64,000 bases of DNA, taken from Octopus vulgaris. Taxonomy: Eukaryota. This document shows positions 15,942 to 28,126 of this stretch, piece by piece; position 1 is the first letter of the stretch; every line of letters starts with the position of its first letter. Position numbers and translations under genes: made by a program. The notes beneath the pieces are model-generated. The model saw only the letters and a program-made list of their open reading frames with translations, did no database searches and was not told the origin of the DNA. The stretch is taken from the NCBI GenBank assembly GCA_951406725.2, contig OX597827.1:29574001-29638000 (forward strand), read 5' to 3'.

Positions 15942-16855
15942 GACTTTGCTGATGTGTGAGGTCAGAGAGATAGGCTTATAATTTTTAGCATGTGCTCTGC
16001 TACCTCACTTATGGAAAGGGCATATTACGCCCTCTTTCAATTTGACTGGGAGCTGACCACTTTCAAGAAAGCTCTGAAAAAGAAGCTGTAGCGATTTTGC
16101 AAGGGCACGTTTGCACGATTTGAGAAGGATCGCTGGGAATCCATCAGGTCAAGCAGCTGAGTTTGTGTCAATCTCATCTATGGCTAGTGTGATATCATCA
16201 TCTTCAATGTTGATGTACTCAATTTTTGCCTCTTTGGCCGCAGGTAAAGTGGCAAAGAATTCTTCTGGGTTGTTTACTTGCCTGTGTCCTAGAGGTGTAG
16301 TGAACACACTTTGGAACTGTTCGTTCAGTATTTCACTTATCCTCGTGGGATTTCCTGTGAGAGAGCCATCTTTTTGGAAGAGTGGTCCTATTCTCTGGTG
16401 CACTGTGGCTGTCTCTTTGGCAAACTTAAAGAAAGCTTTAGGGTTTGACTTTATATTTTCTATTACCCAAGCTTCTTTATCTGCTCTCTCCTTTTCATGG
16501 GGCTGATGCAAACTTTTCTCAATTTCCATTAGCATTCTCTCGAGCCGAGACTTCTCACCACTTTTGGTGTGCTTGCTCAGGCGGTTCGCAATCCTTGTCC
16601 GTCGTCTCATAAGATACTTCCTTTCTCTAGGGATCCTGTTTTTGTTTTTGTGTGTGCTGGCCCTGCACACTGGGACATATTTGTCACATATGGCTTGTAT
16701 TATGAACATGAAATGTTTGTGTTTCATGTTAATGTCCGGTGTGGAGAGACATTTAGGCCAATCCTGTTTGAGGATCTCTTTCTCAATCAACTTCCAGTTT
16801 GCTTTATGAAAGTTTAAGTTGGAGAGATGGTGGATGCTTCGTATAGGCTGTGTGT

Positions 16856-17582
16856 CTACGGGGACTCTATTATGTTGTGATCCGAGATCATTGTCGGCAT
16901 CACTTTAACATTATGGATAATATCCATATTGTTTGTGAAGCAGAGATCCAGTATATTATCTGCCCTTGTTGGTTGCAGAACTATTTGCTCCATGAAAGAG
17001 GCATTTGTGAGATGGAGCGGGGACTCTGCCTGTGCCTGCTGATGGTGTGTCATCCCTGAGAGCATCTGCACCCCCAGGCCATTCCACATTGGGGAAGTTA
17101 AAGTCACCCATGAAGAATACACTGTTGTGTTGTTCAAGGTTGATGAGAACTTCTCCTATTTTTGTTAGGCAGTCTTCAAACATGCCTGAGTGATTTGGGG
17201 CATCCGGTAGGCGATATATAGTACATATGACGATATCCAGTTGTCTTATGTGTACAATTTGAGTGTCACACACTGAGTTTGAATATGACAACAGGACCTG
17301 GGACGTGAGGTCATCTCGGATGTACATTGCAACTCCACCATGGCTCCTCCCTTTTCTATCTGAGTGTATGACTGCATATTGCGGTATGTGTATTTCTGCA
17401 TCCCCTATATCAGGTCCAAGATGCGTTTCTGTGAGTGCCATGCATATAGCTTGATTGCATGTCACAAGGTCTCTCAGGAATGAGATTTTCCTTTTACAGT
17501 TGCCACGCAGCAGCCCTCCTACGTTCAGTAGAAATATTTTTGTGGTGTGTGTGTGTTGGTGTCTGTGGTGGCCATCCTGCAT
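16856..17582 (-). pseudogene. LINE ORF2 apurinic-like endonuclease (frameshifted)
   Basis: LNVGGL, LTETHL, GGVAMY, IYR, GDFN, LDL, SDH. Confidence 0.9.
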
Positions 17583-17917
17583 CTGTTGGTGGTGGCCTTA
17601 TGTGGTGGTAGTTCAAGCTTTGTGCTTGTAGCCAGGTCAGCTGCTGAATAATTTTTGTGCCATGCACAAAAAACAGCTGCTGCACAGATAGTCAGGATTG
17701 AGGGAAGGAAAAACACTGTCACGGACGAATTTATATACAAACAGACGCGTTAAAAATAAAAATAGCGTATATTTTTATATCTTTTATATCTATAAACGCG
17801 ATTATATCTATGAATTATTAGGCGATCTTAGAACCGTAAGATCGTCGATTATTAATAATAATAAATAATGTTTTTTTGTTTTTTTTTTATCTTCTGGTTG
17901 AGAGAACACTAATAATA

Positions 17918-18647
17918 CATCTGGGTGAAGCTGGCCACTTGTTGGGTTACCGCGCCCTACATCCGCATATCGTCTTTCAGGAGTGGTCAGTGCGCTATTT
18001 TTCCTTCTTTTATATTTTTCTTTATCTTTTTGTTCTCCCCGAGGGAGGGATCTTTGTCTTGTGTCCATGCGGTTTTGGTAGGGCTTCTGATGAGCAAAGC
18101 GACAGTTTGCACCCTCGACGCCATGCCAGCAGTCTCCCTTCAGGTAGAATTTGCAGATGTTTCTGCCTTTGCCCTTATAGTTCTTGCTGGGGTTCTTCTG
18201 TTTTTTCTGAACAGTGTTTGTTTTAGTTTTAGTTTTCTTGTCTTTTACCTCTTGTTTCCCATCAATTTTAGGGTGCTTTTCTTTTTTTGCGGCCATCGCA
18301 CCTCTTTGTTCTTCAGTTTTGTTGGGAGCTGGACATGTGCCATTGTTTCCCTTTGTTCTAGGTTTCTCGGTTGTGTCTTTTGTTGGGTCCTGGATGTTTT
18401 CTCCATCCTTTTGGTCTTCCCTGGTGCAGTCACATCCTAGTATGATGTCCAGAGTGTCCATGTGTTGCTTGATTAGAGCGTATGAATGGAGAAATTCTCA
18501 TTTCTTTCGCTCTATCTGGGCGGTGGTCCTTGAAAAATCATTGCTCTTTAGCGCCGCTGCAATGATATTGTTTGGCGAGTCGCCCTCGGCAATCTTCCAG
18601 GCGCGGACGAACAATTGCAGCTCCCTCGCAGACCAGTTCCTTGACAT
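17918..18647 (-). pseudogene. LINE ORF1: Myb/SANT-like N-terminus + CCCH zinc finger
   Basis: MSRNWSARELQLFVRAW..IIAAAL..RTTAQIERK, frameshift, then CKFYLKGDCWHGVEGANCRFAH. Confidence 0.65.
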
Positions 18648-19447
18648 TTTTGCCCGAGAAACAGTGAGAGTGAAATATAGGAACAGAGAGAGAAGGAAAG
18701 ATAAGATGGTTGACCTGAGAGGGAGAGGAGAAAGGAAAAAAGCTGGTGGCAGATCAACCAGGGCGGAGGATAGAGAGAGAGACGAGGGGATGGTCCTGAG
18801 AGAAGAGAGAAAGAATGGCAGGTCAGCAGGGGAGAGTGAGCAGGATAGAGGTGTGGTAGAGAGAAAGAAAGGGACAGGGAAGAAAAGAGAGACAAGGAGA
18901 TGGAACTTAGGGGGAGCTGGGAGAAGAAAGGCGGAGAGAAAAAATGGAGAGGGAGAGAGAGGGCGGGATAGAGGTACCAGAGAGTGAAGTAAAGGGACAG
19001 AGAGGGTGGTGTGGAGAAAGGAGACCGAGAGAGGAAAAAAGAGACAAGGGGTGAACCTTAGAGGGAGCAGGGAGAGGAAAGGTAGGAAGAAAAAGGGGAG
19101 AGGGAAAGAGGGGGCGCGATAGAAGTGCAAGAGAGTGTAGTAAAGGGACAGGGAGGGTGGTGTAGAGAAAGAAATAAGGGGACAGAAGGAGAAGAGAGAA
19201 AGGGGTTTGACCTGTGAAGGAGCGGAGAGAAGAGAGGGAGAGAGAGAGTAACACAGAGAGAAGGAGAGAGAGAAAAAGAGAGAGGGCGGGATAGAGATAC
19301 AAGAGAGAATGAGTGAAGTAGAGGAACAGAGAGGTGGGTGAGATTTGAGAAAGTTGATCTGAGAGAGAGCAGGAGGGAGAGATGCAGAAAGAGAAACGAT
19401 GGCAGAGAGCGGGAGAGAGAGCGGAAATAGAGGGTCTGATGGATGGA

Positions 19448-19735
19448 GAGACAGATAAGGGGGAGAGTTGTAAGAAAGAGATAAATAGAGTAAGGCAGGT
19501 TACACAGATAGTCAGGATTGAGAGAAGGAGACACACTGTCACGGAGAGAGATAAGGGGGAGAATTGTAGGAAAGAGATAGAGAGAGTAAGGCAGGTTACA
19601 AAGATAATCAGGATTGAGAGAAGGAAACACACTGTCACGGAGACAGATAAGGGGGAGAATTGTAAGAAAGAGATAGAGAGAGTAAGGCAGGTTACACAGA
19701 TAGTCAGGATTGAGGGAAGGAAAAACACTGTCACG
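19448..19735. repeat. 3 x 96-bp tandem repeat in the LINE 5' region
   Basis: Units start at 19448, 19544 and 19640 (gagacagataagggggag). Confidence 0.92.
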
Positions 19736-20578
19736 GACGAATTTATATACAAACAGACGCGTTAAAAATAAAAATAGCGTATATTTTTATCTTTTATATC
19801 TATAATCGCGATTATATCTATGAATTATTAGGCGATCTTAGAACCGTAAGATCGTCGATTATTAATAATAATAAATCATGTTTTTTTTTTATTTTTTTAT
19901 CTTCTGGTTGAGAGAACACTAATAATAAATAATATTTTTTTCTTACCTTCACTCTGTTTTAGAAGAAAGAAAGATATAAAAAGACAGACCTTCAATATTC
20001 CCGTATTCTTTACTTGTATTTTGTAAACAAAAGAAAAGAATAGAGTTCCGATGTTCGTAGATGCGATATTTTCTTTTTATGTTTCGATCCATTTGCGAGA
20101 TCAATATTTAAGCAATTTGATATCAGGCAGCAGATTTTCAGAGGTTTTCAAAACACGCGGATACACCACACCAAAAGCGAAAATATTCTTCTCAAAAATA
20201 CAGCATCTTGTCGTTGCTTCACAGACAAAATTCACTTCGACTTCAGGAAGCAACACACGTGGTTTCAACACATGTGCTCGGCTGTTTGCGAGGTATGTTC
20301 TAGTCGCATATACTATATCAAAAGCGAAAATATTCTTCTCAAATACAGTGTCTTGTCGTACTTTCACTTATATTTGCTTTACAGACAAAATTCACTTCTG
20401 ATAACATCGATCTCTTGAAGGTCTTTTTTAAACTTTAGGAGAGACACATTAACACTCGACTTGTTAGTTCGGCGCCATCTTTGTATATAAATAAAACATA
20501 AATAAAACATAAATATAAATAAAACATAAAAAGCAGACAGAGTTAGAAATCCTTGGAAAAATATATATCCCTCTATAC

Positions 20579-21870
20579 CAGTGGTTTTCCACCAGGATTC
20601 CGCGGAACCGTAGGGTTCCGCCAGTACAGTCCAGGGGTTCTGCAACAAGTTACATAAATGCTAAAATCGACAGTAATTTTTAGTTCTCCTGTGCAGATAT
20701 GTGTGTACATGTTAGTCCTACGTGTACATCTACGAGTTGCTCGCCAGCGTAGATGACCCTGATCCTTGGTGTGTACATGTACGTGCACATCTACGAGTTG
20801 CATGCCAGCTTAGATGATGGTTTAGTTTTCTTTTGTAAAATACGAGTGACTATATTTGGAAGAAACATTTTAACTGCGTAAGCCATTTAGGTGTTGTTGT
20901 TAATCCGCCTTTTAAAAGATCTTTAGCTTTTTAAAAAGGCTTTTTTGTAAAATGTTTTTCTTGTATGACGTCTATTAAAATTTGGTCAAACGTTAAGATT
21001 AAAAAATTCGAAACAGAGTTGAATTACATATGTTGAAAAAAATAAGAAATAGGGAAACTGATACTAAATTATAAGATATGTAAATATGCGTAAATATTAA
21101 TTCCTTACAAATTTCTAAATTAGAACAATGAACAAATAAACGACATTTTAAATTCAAATCCGAAAATCTATTTTAATTATTATATGCATATTGTTTAAAT
21201 ATAATCAAATACCTAGTACTAAAAAAAAAACATTAATAAAAAAGCTAAATTTTACATCATTAAACTCGCTACACTTTAAAGATCATTTTGTCCTGCCACT
21301 ATTAGGTTTGCTTTTATATATATACAATTCTGCTTACAGCCTTACAAGTATGGATAGATTTCTGAAAAATACGTAAGTTAGATACAGATACTGTTTGTGG
21401 GGAGAAGCTGGCACCAGCCAAACTGAAACGACACTTAACGACTAAACATCCAGAGTTGTCAGGCAAAAATTAACAATATTTTAAAAGAGAATTGGCATTT
21501 GATAGAAACATAGAAAGGCAAGTTTCTATGTTTGCCAAAAAGTTCAAATTGAGTGACAAAGGACAAGAAGCAAGTTATACTGTGGCGGAGACAGTTGCAA
21601 GAAAAATGAAATCTCATACCATCGCTGAAACTGTAATTTTACCTGCATGTCAGAAAATAGTTAGGATAATGTTTGGAGAGGATGCTATATCAGATCTAAA
21701 TAAAATTCCACTTTCTGACAACACAATAAGTAGGCGCATTCAAGACATGTCAGAAGACATTGAGTGCAATATTAAGTCAAAAATACTGAAACATAAGTTC
21801 TTTCCACTTCAATTTGATGAGAGTTCCGACATCACTGCTAAAGCACAGCTCCTTGTAATTGTTCGTTTTA
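20579..21870 (+). mobile_element. hAT-Charlie DNA transposon, 5' part with transposase remnant
   Basis: TIR cagtggttttc after ctctatac; KLKRHL..KH, EASY, HTIAETVILPAC, IPLSDNTISRRI, LQFDESSD. Confidence 0.88.
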
Positions 21871-22040
21871 TTTCCCTGGGCAAGGATACATTGAAACTCC
21901 GACGTCTGGCAGCTGACTTGGCAGACACCCATAAAATTATTAACCATCTTACAAACAATAACTCTGAGCACCTTTTCAAACTCCACCTGTCTAACACCCG
22001 TGGACATGTTTACAAAGTCAGAAAACAGCACAGCTCAGCT
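21871..22040 (+). mobile_element. CR1-group LINE C-terminal fragment interrupting the hAT
   Basis: TLKLRRLAADL..KII...NTRGH. Confidence 0.65.
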
Positions 22041-22134
22041 CCCATGAATCTCGGTGTGTTCTACTATTTGAGCATGTCCGAATCACACCTCTTCACTCTC
22101 CCACTCTCTCTTTCTCGCTATATGTATATCACTA

Positions 22135-22340
22135 CACGTGGACAGTTGGCAATTATTTTTCTTCCTTTTTTACTTTTTCTTTGGACTTTTCTATGTTTCC
22201 TGTTTCCGAAGAGCTATGCTCGAAACGTAACACAACCATTTTTTTTCCTTCTCTGAGAATTTTATTAATACTTTGCATGTGCTAACGTCACGTTGAAGTT
22301 TTCCTCTTGGTTATTTTTCTCCGTTTTTGAAGTAACTAGA
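22135..22340 (+). mobile_element. Decayed PLE pseudo-LTR (34438 family)
   Basis: gtttccgaagagctatgctcgaaacgta; similar to 34438-34650. Confidence 0.6.
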
Positions 22341-22547
22341 GAAATGTTTCTATCAGTGACTAGCATGCATAAAATAGTCAATAGATAACATATTTTTCAT
22401 ATGAAATTAGTGTACATTTAAACACAAAAGAGGTGACCCAAAACAGGACAACTTACATGCTAAAAGGAACAGTCAAAGCTCAAACCACGGTTAAGAGTAA
22501 TTTCGAGCGAGATGAAAAATAAAAACATTTTCAAATTATCACTACAC

Positions 22548-22740
22548 ACGAGGGGGTGATGATAAGTTGCTGACTTTAAGGGTGTCGTGAAAGGCCTGGA
22601 TGGAGGCCCTACCTTCCGAGTTCTTTTACAGTCCTTAGAAAAACTGTAAGACCGCTGCTATAAATGTGTGAATCTGAATAAAATAATTTGCTGGGCCTCC
22701 TGTATTCAATTGTACCCAAAGCCTCACCTTTCAGCCTCAC

Positions 22741-22741
<1 letters not shown>
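22548..22741 (+). mobile_element. Mariner-derived MITE
   Basis: acgagggggtgatgataagtt TIR; internal transposase C-terminal remnant; paralogue at 23111. Confidence 0.65.
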
Positions 22742-22813
<72 letters not shown>

Positions 22814-22815
22814 TA

Positions 22816-22959
<144 letters not shown>

Positions 22960-22993
22960 TATATATAATGTATATATATATATATGAATATGA

Positions 22994-23044
<51 letters not shown>

Positions 23045-23051
23045 GAAAGAA

Positions 23052-23108
<57 letters not shown>

Positions 23109-23110
23109 TA

Positions 23111-23316
23111 TACGAGAGAGTGCTGAAAAGTTCTTGGTTGTAAGGATATTGCAAAAGGCTTGGTTGGAGGCCAAACCTTCCGAGTTCTCTTACAGGGCTT
23201 AGAAAAACTGCAGTAAATGTGTGAATCTGAGATGGGAATATGTTGAATAAAATCTTAATTATCTGATCTTCCTGTATTTTCTTTTATCCAGAGCCAGGAA
23301 ATTTTCAGCACCCTGC
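23111..23316 (+). mobile_element. Mariner-derived MITE
   Basis: tacgagagagtgctgaaaagttc..gaattttcagcaccc TIRs; [11 protein letters not shown] remnant. Confidence 0.72.
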
Positions 23317-23439
23317 TTGTGTATCAATGGAGTGTTTCTCTTGTAAGTTCACCAAACATTTGAAGACTCTACCTAATCTGCGAGTGACAGCGTTTCGAGC
23401 AGGGGTTTCTTTATTTATTATAAGACGATTGGCAGAATC

Positions 23440-25100
23440 ACTGGAGGATCGGTGAAAATACATTTTAATGTGTTCCGGTGGTTTATACTGCGAGTTCAAA
23501 TCTAGCCCAAGACAGATGAAAATCCATTCAGGGGGGGGGGGCGCAATAAAATAAAGTACCAGTAAACTACTGCAGTCGGTGTAATTGACTTCCACTCGTC
23601 CCCCGCTAAAACTGCTGGCTTCGTACTAAAAATTCAAACAATTATAAGGTGGAATATTGGTAGATTCGCTAAAACATCAGAGAAAACAATGTCGTTCTAA
23701 CTTCTTACGATCAGAGTTTAAACACCAGCGGGTCGATAAAATAAAGCACTGATGAAATATTGGAGACAATAGTATCGGCTAACTTGGTTTCTCGAGTATC
23801 AGGCCTTGTGTCTATATTGATTTAAAGTTTTGGTACAAGGCCCGCAATTTCGGGGAATGAAATACATTGACCCAGTATTCAGTTGGAACTTACGTGAAAG
23901 GCAGTGTCGATCTTGGCGGAATTTCAACCAAGAATATAAAGACAGATGAAATCCCGCTAAGCATTTTGTCGGACGTGCCGAAAATCCTACTAGTTAACGA
24001 TAATAATGGTTTCAAATTTTTGCGGAAGGCCAGAGCTTCAGTAGAAGAGTAAGTCAATTACATCGACCCCAGTGCGTAACTGGTATTTATTTTATCGACT
24101 CCGAAAAGATGAAAGTCAAAGTCGACGTCAGCTGAACGGAACGTAAAGACAGACGAAATGCCGCCAAGCGTTTTTCCTCCTAAGCATTCTGTCAGCTCGT
24201 CACCATAAGGCTTTATGTCTATATTAGAAGCAGATCTAATATTGCACTGCGAGGCGTGTTCATATTTATATGATAATTTCACTTTTCTAGACCGAAATCG
24301 AAGTAAAATTAAGGCGGCGAGCACGCCGGACGAAATGCTTAGCGGTATTTCGCCTGCGTTACGTCGTGAGTTCAAATTCCGCCGAGGTCGACTTTGCCTT
24401 TCATCCTTTCGGGGTCGATAAATTAAGTACCAGTTACGCACTGGGGTCGATGTAATCGACTTAATACCTATGTCTGTCCTTGTTTGTCCCCTCTGTGTTT
24501 AGCCCCTTGTGGGTAATAAAGAAATAGGTATTTCGCCTGCCGTTACGTTCTGAATTCAAATTCCACCGAGGTCGACTTTGCCTTTCATCCTTTTGGGATC
24601 GATTAAATAAGTACCAGTTACGCACTGGGGTCGATATACTCGACTTATTCTGTTTGGCTGTCCTTGCTTGTCCTCTCTGTGTTTAGCCCCTTGTGGGTAG
24701 TAAAGAAATAGAAATAGGTATTTCGTCTGCCGCTACGTTCTGAGTTCAAATTCCACCGAGGTAGACTTTGCCTTTCATCCTTTTGGGGTCGATTAAATAA
24801 GTACCAGTTACGCACTGGGGTCGATATAATCGACTTAATCCGTTTTTCTGTCCTTGCTCGTCCCCTCTGTGTGTAGCCCCTTGTGGGCAATAATGAAACA
24901 AGACACGTTAGAACGCCGGCCGAAATGCTTAGCGGTATTTCGTCTGTCTTTACGTTCCGACTTCAAATTCCGCTGAGGTCGACTCTGCCTTTCATTCTTT
25001 CGGGGTCGATAAATTAAAGTACTAGTTGCGTACTGGGGTTAATTTAATCGACTGGCCTCCTCTCCAAAACATTTGGGCCTTGTGTCTAGAGTAGTAAAGG
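23440..25100. mobile_element. Cluster of about 8 tRNA-derived SINEs with a Meta/MESC-like central domain, both strands, including a tandem trimer at 24311-24902
   Basis: Repeated gagttcaaattcc..gcctttcatcctttcggggtcgataaattaagtaccag. Confidence 0.85.
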
Positions 25101-26230
25101 ATATCGAAGTAACATTTTATGTAGGGCGTGTCTGCTCTTTCAATTTTCCATTTCGTTGTTATCTGTGTTGTTATTAGTACTTCGCATTGTTTACATCCGC
25201 GTTTATTATTTATTGTTTTGTTAATTTATCATTCATTGTCCTGTTCGGTAATAATCTCCTAATTTGGAAAAATGATACATTTATTTCATAAATTGTTTTT
25301 CTCTATCTGATGTCGCTGTTGAAGAGATTTAATTTTTTTCTTCTTTTTCCGTTTTCCCATTCTATTTTTTTTTTTATAACGGAATCAAAATTAATTTTTT
25401 TTAAAATTCCAGTATTACAATTTCGTCAATGACAAAATGTCGCTTATTAAATGAATGTTTACAAAAATAAAAACAGAACAATGAAAGGTGATGGCAAAAT
25501 ACAAAAGGATTCAGCCTGCTTCAGTGTATGTTAAAAACAGAAATATTCAAATTAGATTATCCACCACGGTTCTAATCTAATTTATAACTGCTTTATAAGT
25601 AACTGATATAAGTTTTGATTGCAGAAGGAAGCAGAGTTAGTAGCCCGCGCTCTTAACCACCATGCCATATACAACTATGCCATATGCAACTTATATACAA
25701 CTACTTGCTGTATAATAAAGAGTACCCATCACTTATTATACAGCGAGTAGTTGTATATAACCGCATTATACAGCAAGTAGTTGTATATAAGCAGTTATAT
25801 ATAAAGTAGGCGACGATAATAAGCAACGAATAGAAAAACATGAAACATAACAAAAATACGACTGTGATAGTGACGTAAACAATTGCAGATGAAGACGGAG
25901 CCACATGATCCTAATTGTTATTGTCGCCAAACAATTGTATGAAAAAGCATTTAAAACGTGGCAGCATGCCAAAGTCCAGTAAAAAAGACCAGCTATTACT
26001 TTACCTGAACTGTTGAATGGATCGTGTGGAGAAAGTGTGTGTAAAAGCGCTTTTGTTGAAGACTTTGATTTGGAGACTTTGGCAAAATGTTCGATCCATT
26101 GCCAGAAATTACAAATAACTATCCATAGAAATAGTACAATACTTTCTATCGCAGTTTTTACAAAAAGAAAATGCTTCTTTTACCTTTGTAAAAATTTGCT
26201 ATTGTGTTGTGTTTAGAAAATTTACAATAT

Positions 26231-26635
26231 GTGCAGGAGTGGCTGTGTGGTAAGTAGCTTGCTTACCAATCACATGGTTACGGGTTTAGTCCCACTGCGT
26301 GGCACCTTGGGCAAGTGTCTTCTACTATAGCCTCGGGCCGACCAAAGCCTTGTAAGTGGATCTGGTAGACGGAAAATGAAAGAATCACGTCATATAAATA
26401 TATATATGTGTGTATGAATGTGTGTGTGTGTATACGTTTGTGTGTCTGTATTTGTCCCCCCAACATCGCTTGACAACTGACGCTAGTGTGTTTATGTCCC
26501 CGTAACTTTGTGGTTCGGCAAAAGAGACCGATAGAAATAAGTACTAAGCTTACAAAGAATAAGTCCTGGGGTCGATTTACTCGACTAAAGGGGGTGCTCC
26601 AGCATGGCTGCTGTCAAATGACTGAAACAAATAAG
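26231..26635 (+). mobile_element. Full-length tRNA-derived SINE with LINE-like 3' tail
   Basis: A/B boxes, accttgggcaagtg, internal microsatellite, tail ggtgctccagcatggc..tgactgaaac. Confidence 0.88.
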
Positions 26636-26649
26636 AGAAAAAATGCGAG

Positions 26650-27230
26650 GATAAAGTCTATATGCGTGTACTCCATCCCATGCAGCTGTGGTAGGTTATA
26701 CAAAGGCGAAACATACGGCCCCGCAAAATAAGGGTAGACGAACATTGCAAAGCTGTTACACTAGGAGATATTGATAAATCGGGTATAGCTGATCATGTAT
26801 GGACAAATGAAGACCACCTCTCTGTGTGGGATGAAGTTAAAATAATAGACAGAGAACACCATTGGAAAATATGAAAACTAAAAGAAGCAGCACATATGCT
26901 AGGACACAATAACCTCCTAAGCAGACTGAGTGCAGATATGAATAGCATTTGGGAACCGGTATTAAGGAAGGATAGGTAAATAGTCGATTTATAAGCCCTA
27001 AAATTCACTCCATAAGATTCTGAGTTCGATTCCAAACTGTGACCTGAATAATAATAATAGTAATAACATCGAAAAATACATTAGGAATGAGAACCAGCTT
27101 CGAAATTTCCCCCAAGACACCTGATGAAGGCTTGGAGGGTATATCAGCCGAAGCGTTGGGTTCACAACAAACAACGTTAAATGTAAATAATGTACATAAT
27201 TCCACATCTCTTAAATATAGTGAACTGTAC
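26650..27230 (+). mobile_element. Penelope/Poseidon-like PLE 3' fragment (GIY-YIG + pLTR)
   Basis: VYSIPCSCGRLYKGET..EH..IADH..KEA; HHR at 27117. Confidence 0.8.
27117..27161 (+). ncRNA. Minimal type I hammerhead (decayed, GAAG)
   Basis: acac-CTGATGA-aggct..cagcc-GAAG-cg-TT-gggt. Confidence 0.6.
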
Positions 27231-27531
27231 AGTTCACTAGAGTTACTACAGGCACAGCATTACACCCACACGATGCAAATTTATGGCATTTCATGGCATT
27301 TGAGTCAGGTTGATTAACGGATCGTGCACAACGTACAATACAAGCCTCTTTGATTATGCCAGTATCCGTGCATGAAGTTCTCGTATAATTCCTGTATTCA
27401 GTAAATGGTACTTATCTCTCGCTGAATTGGCATTTTCTTCTGACCCTGCCAATGCCAACAAAGAAGCGAACAGTACACAACATTACATATCATGTTATAT
27501 CATACACACACACACACATATATATATACAT

Positions 27532-27601
<70 letters not shown>

Positions 27602-27633
27602 AGGTTTGAAAATGCAATTTAAAAGATGTTTAT

Positions 27634-27678
27634 TTACTTTACCGGTTTCACTCTTTGGAAAAAGATTGTCAAAAGTAA
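27634..27678 (-). ncRNA. Type I hammerhead, U3-A8 variant
   Basis: Inverted copy of 31686-31730. Confidence 0.7.
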
Positions 27679-28126
27679 CATGTGGAAGTTTGGTTGCGTT
27701 AATTATTGGTTGTTGCAAATTGCTACATTACATATATATATATACAGTCTTTGGTAACAGGGACATGTTAAGGACATAAAAAAATTCATCCCACTGATCT
27801 CAAACTGAGACCAATAGTGGCAGGCCCAAGTTGTGAAACACACAGACTTAGCAACTTTATAGATATCATCCTAAAACCAATACTGAAACACATTCCAAGT
27901 ATTATAAGAGATGACCTGGACCTATTAAATCATCCCCCCCAAACATACCGATAAAGACACTTTAATCGTTTCCTTTGATGTAATTAATCTTTACACCACA
28001 ATCCCACATGAATATGGACTGGAAGCCATTAAATTCTGGCTGGATAAATATCCCAATGAGATCCCGGAAAGAATAAAAAAAGAATTCATCATTGAGGGCC
28101 TCAAATTTATTCTGCAAAACAACTTC

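Larger units (their letters stand above)
14515..19735 (-). mobile_element. CR1/L2-group LINE, near full length, decayed
   Basis: APE endonuclease, RT, ORF1, CT-rich 5' UTR, 3' stem-loop and short tandem tail. Confidence 0.9.

Noticed and set aside
18214-19752. Long ORFs of 257, 210 and 281 aa
   Set aside because: Antisense or low-complexity reading of the LINE 5' UTR; only the last 49 codons of the 210-aa frame look coding
21492-22256. 254-aa ORF as a domesticated ZBED/SCAND-like gene
   Set aside because: Chance in-frame fusion of a broken hAT transposase, a CR1 fragment and a pLTR; stop codon upstream
24311-24902. Regular repeats resembling a CRISPR array
   Set aside because: Whole SINE units are repeated; no unique spacers, no cas genes, eukaryotic context
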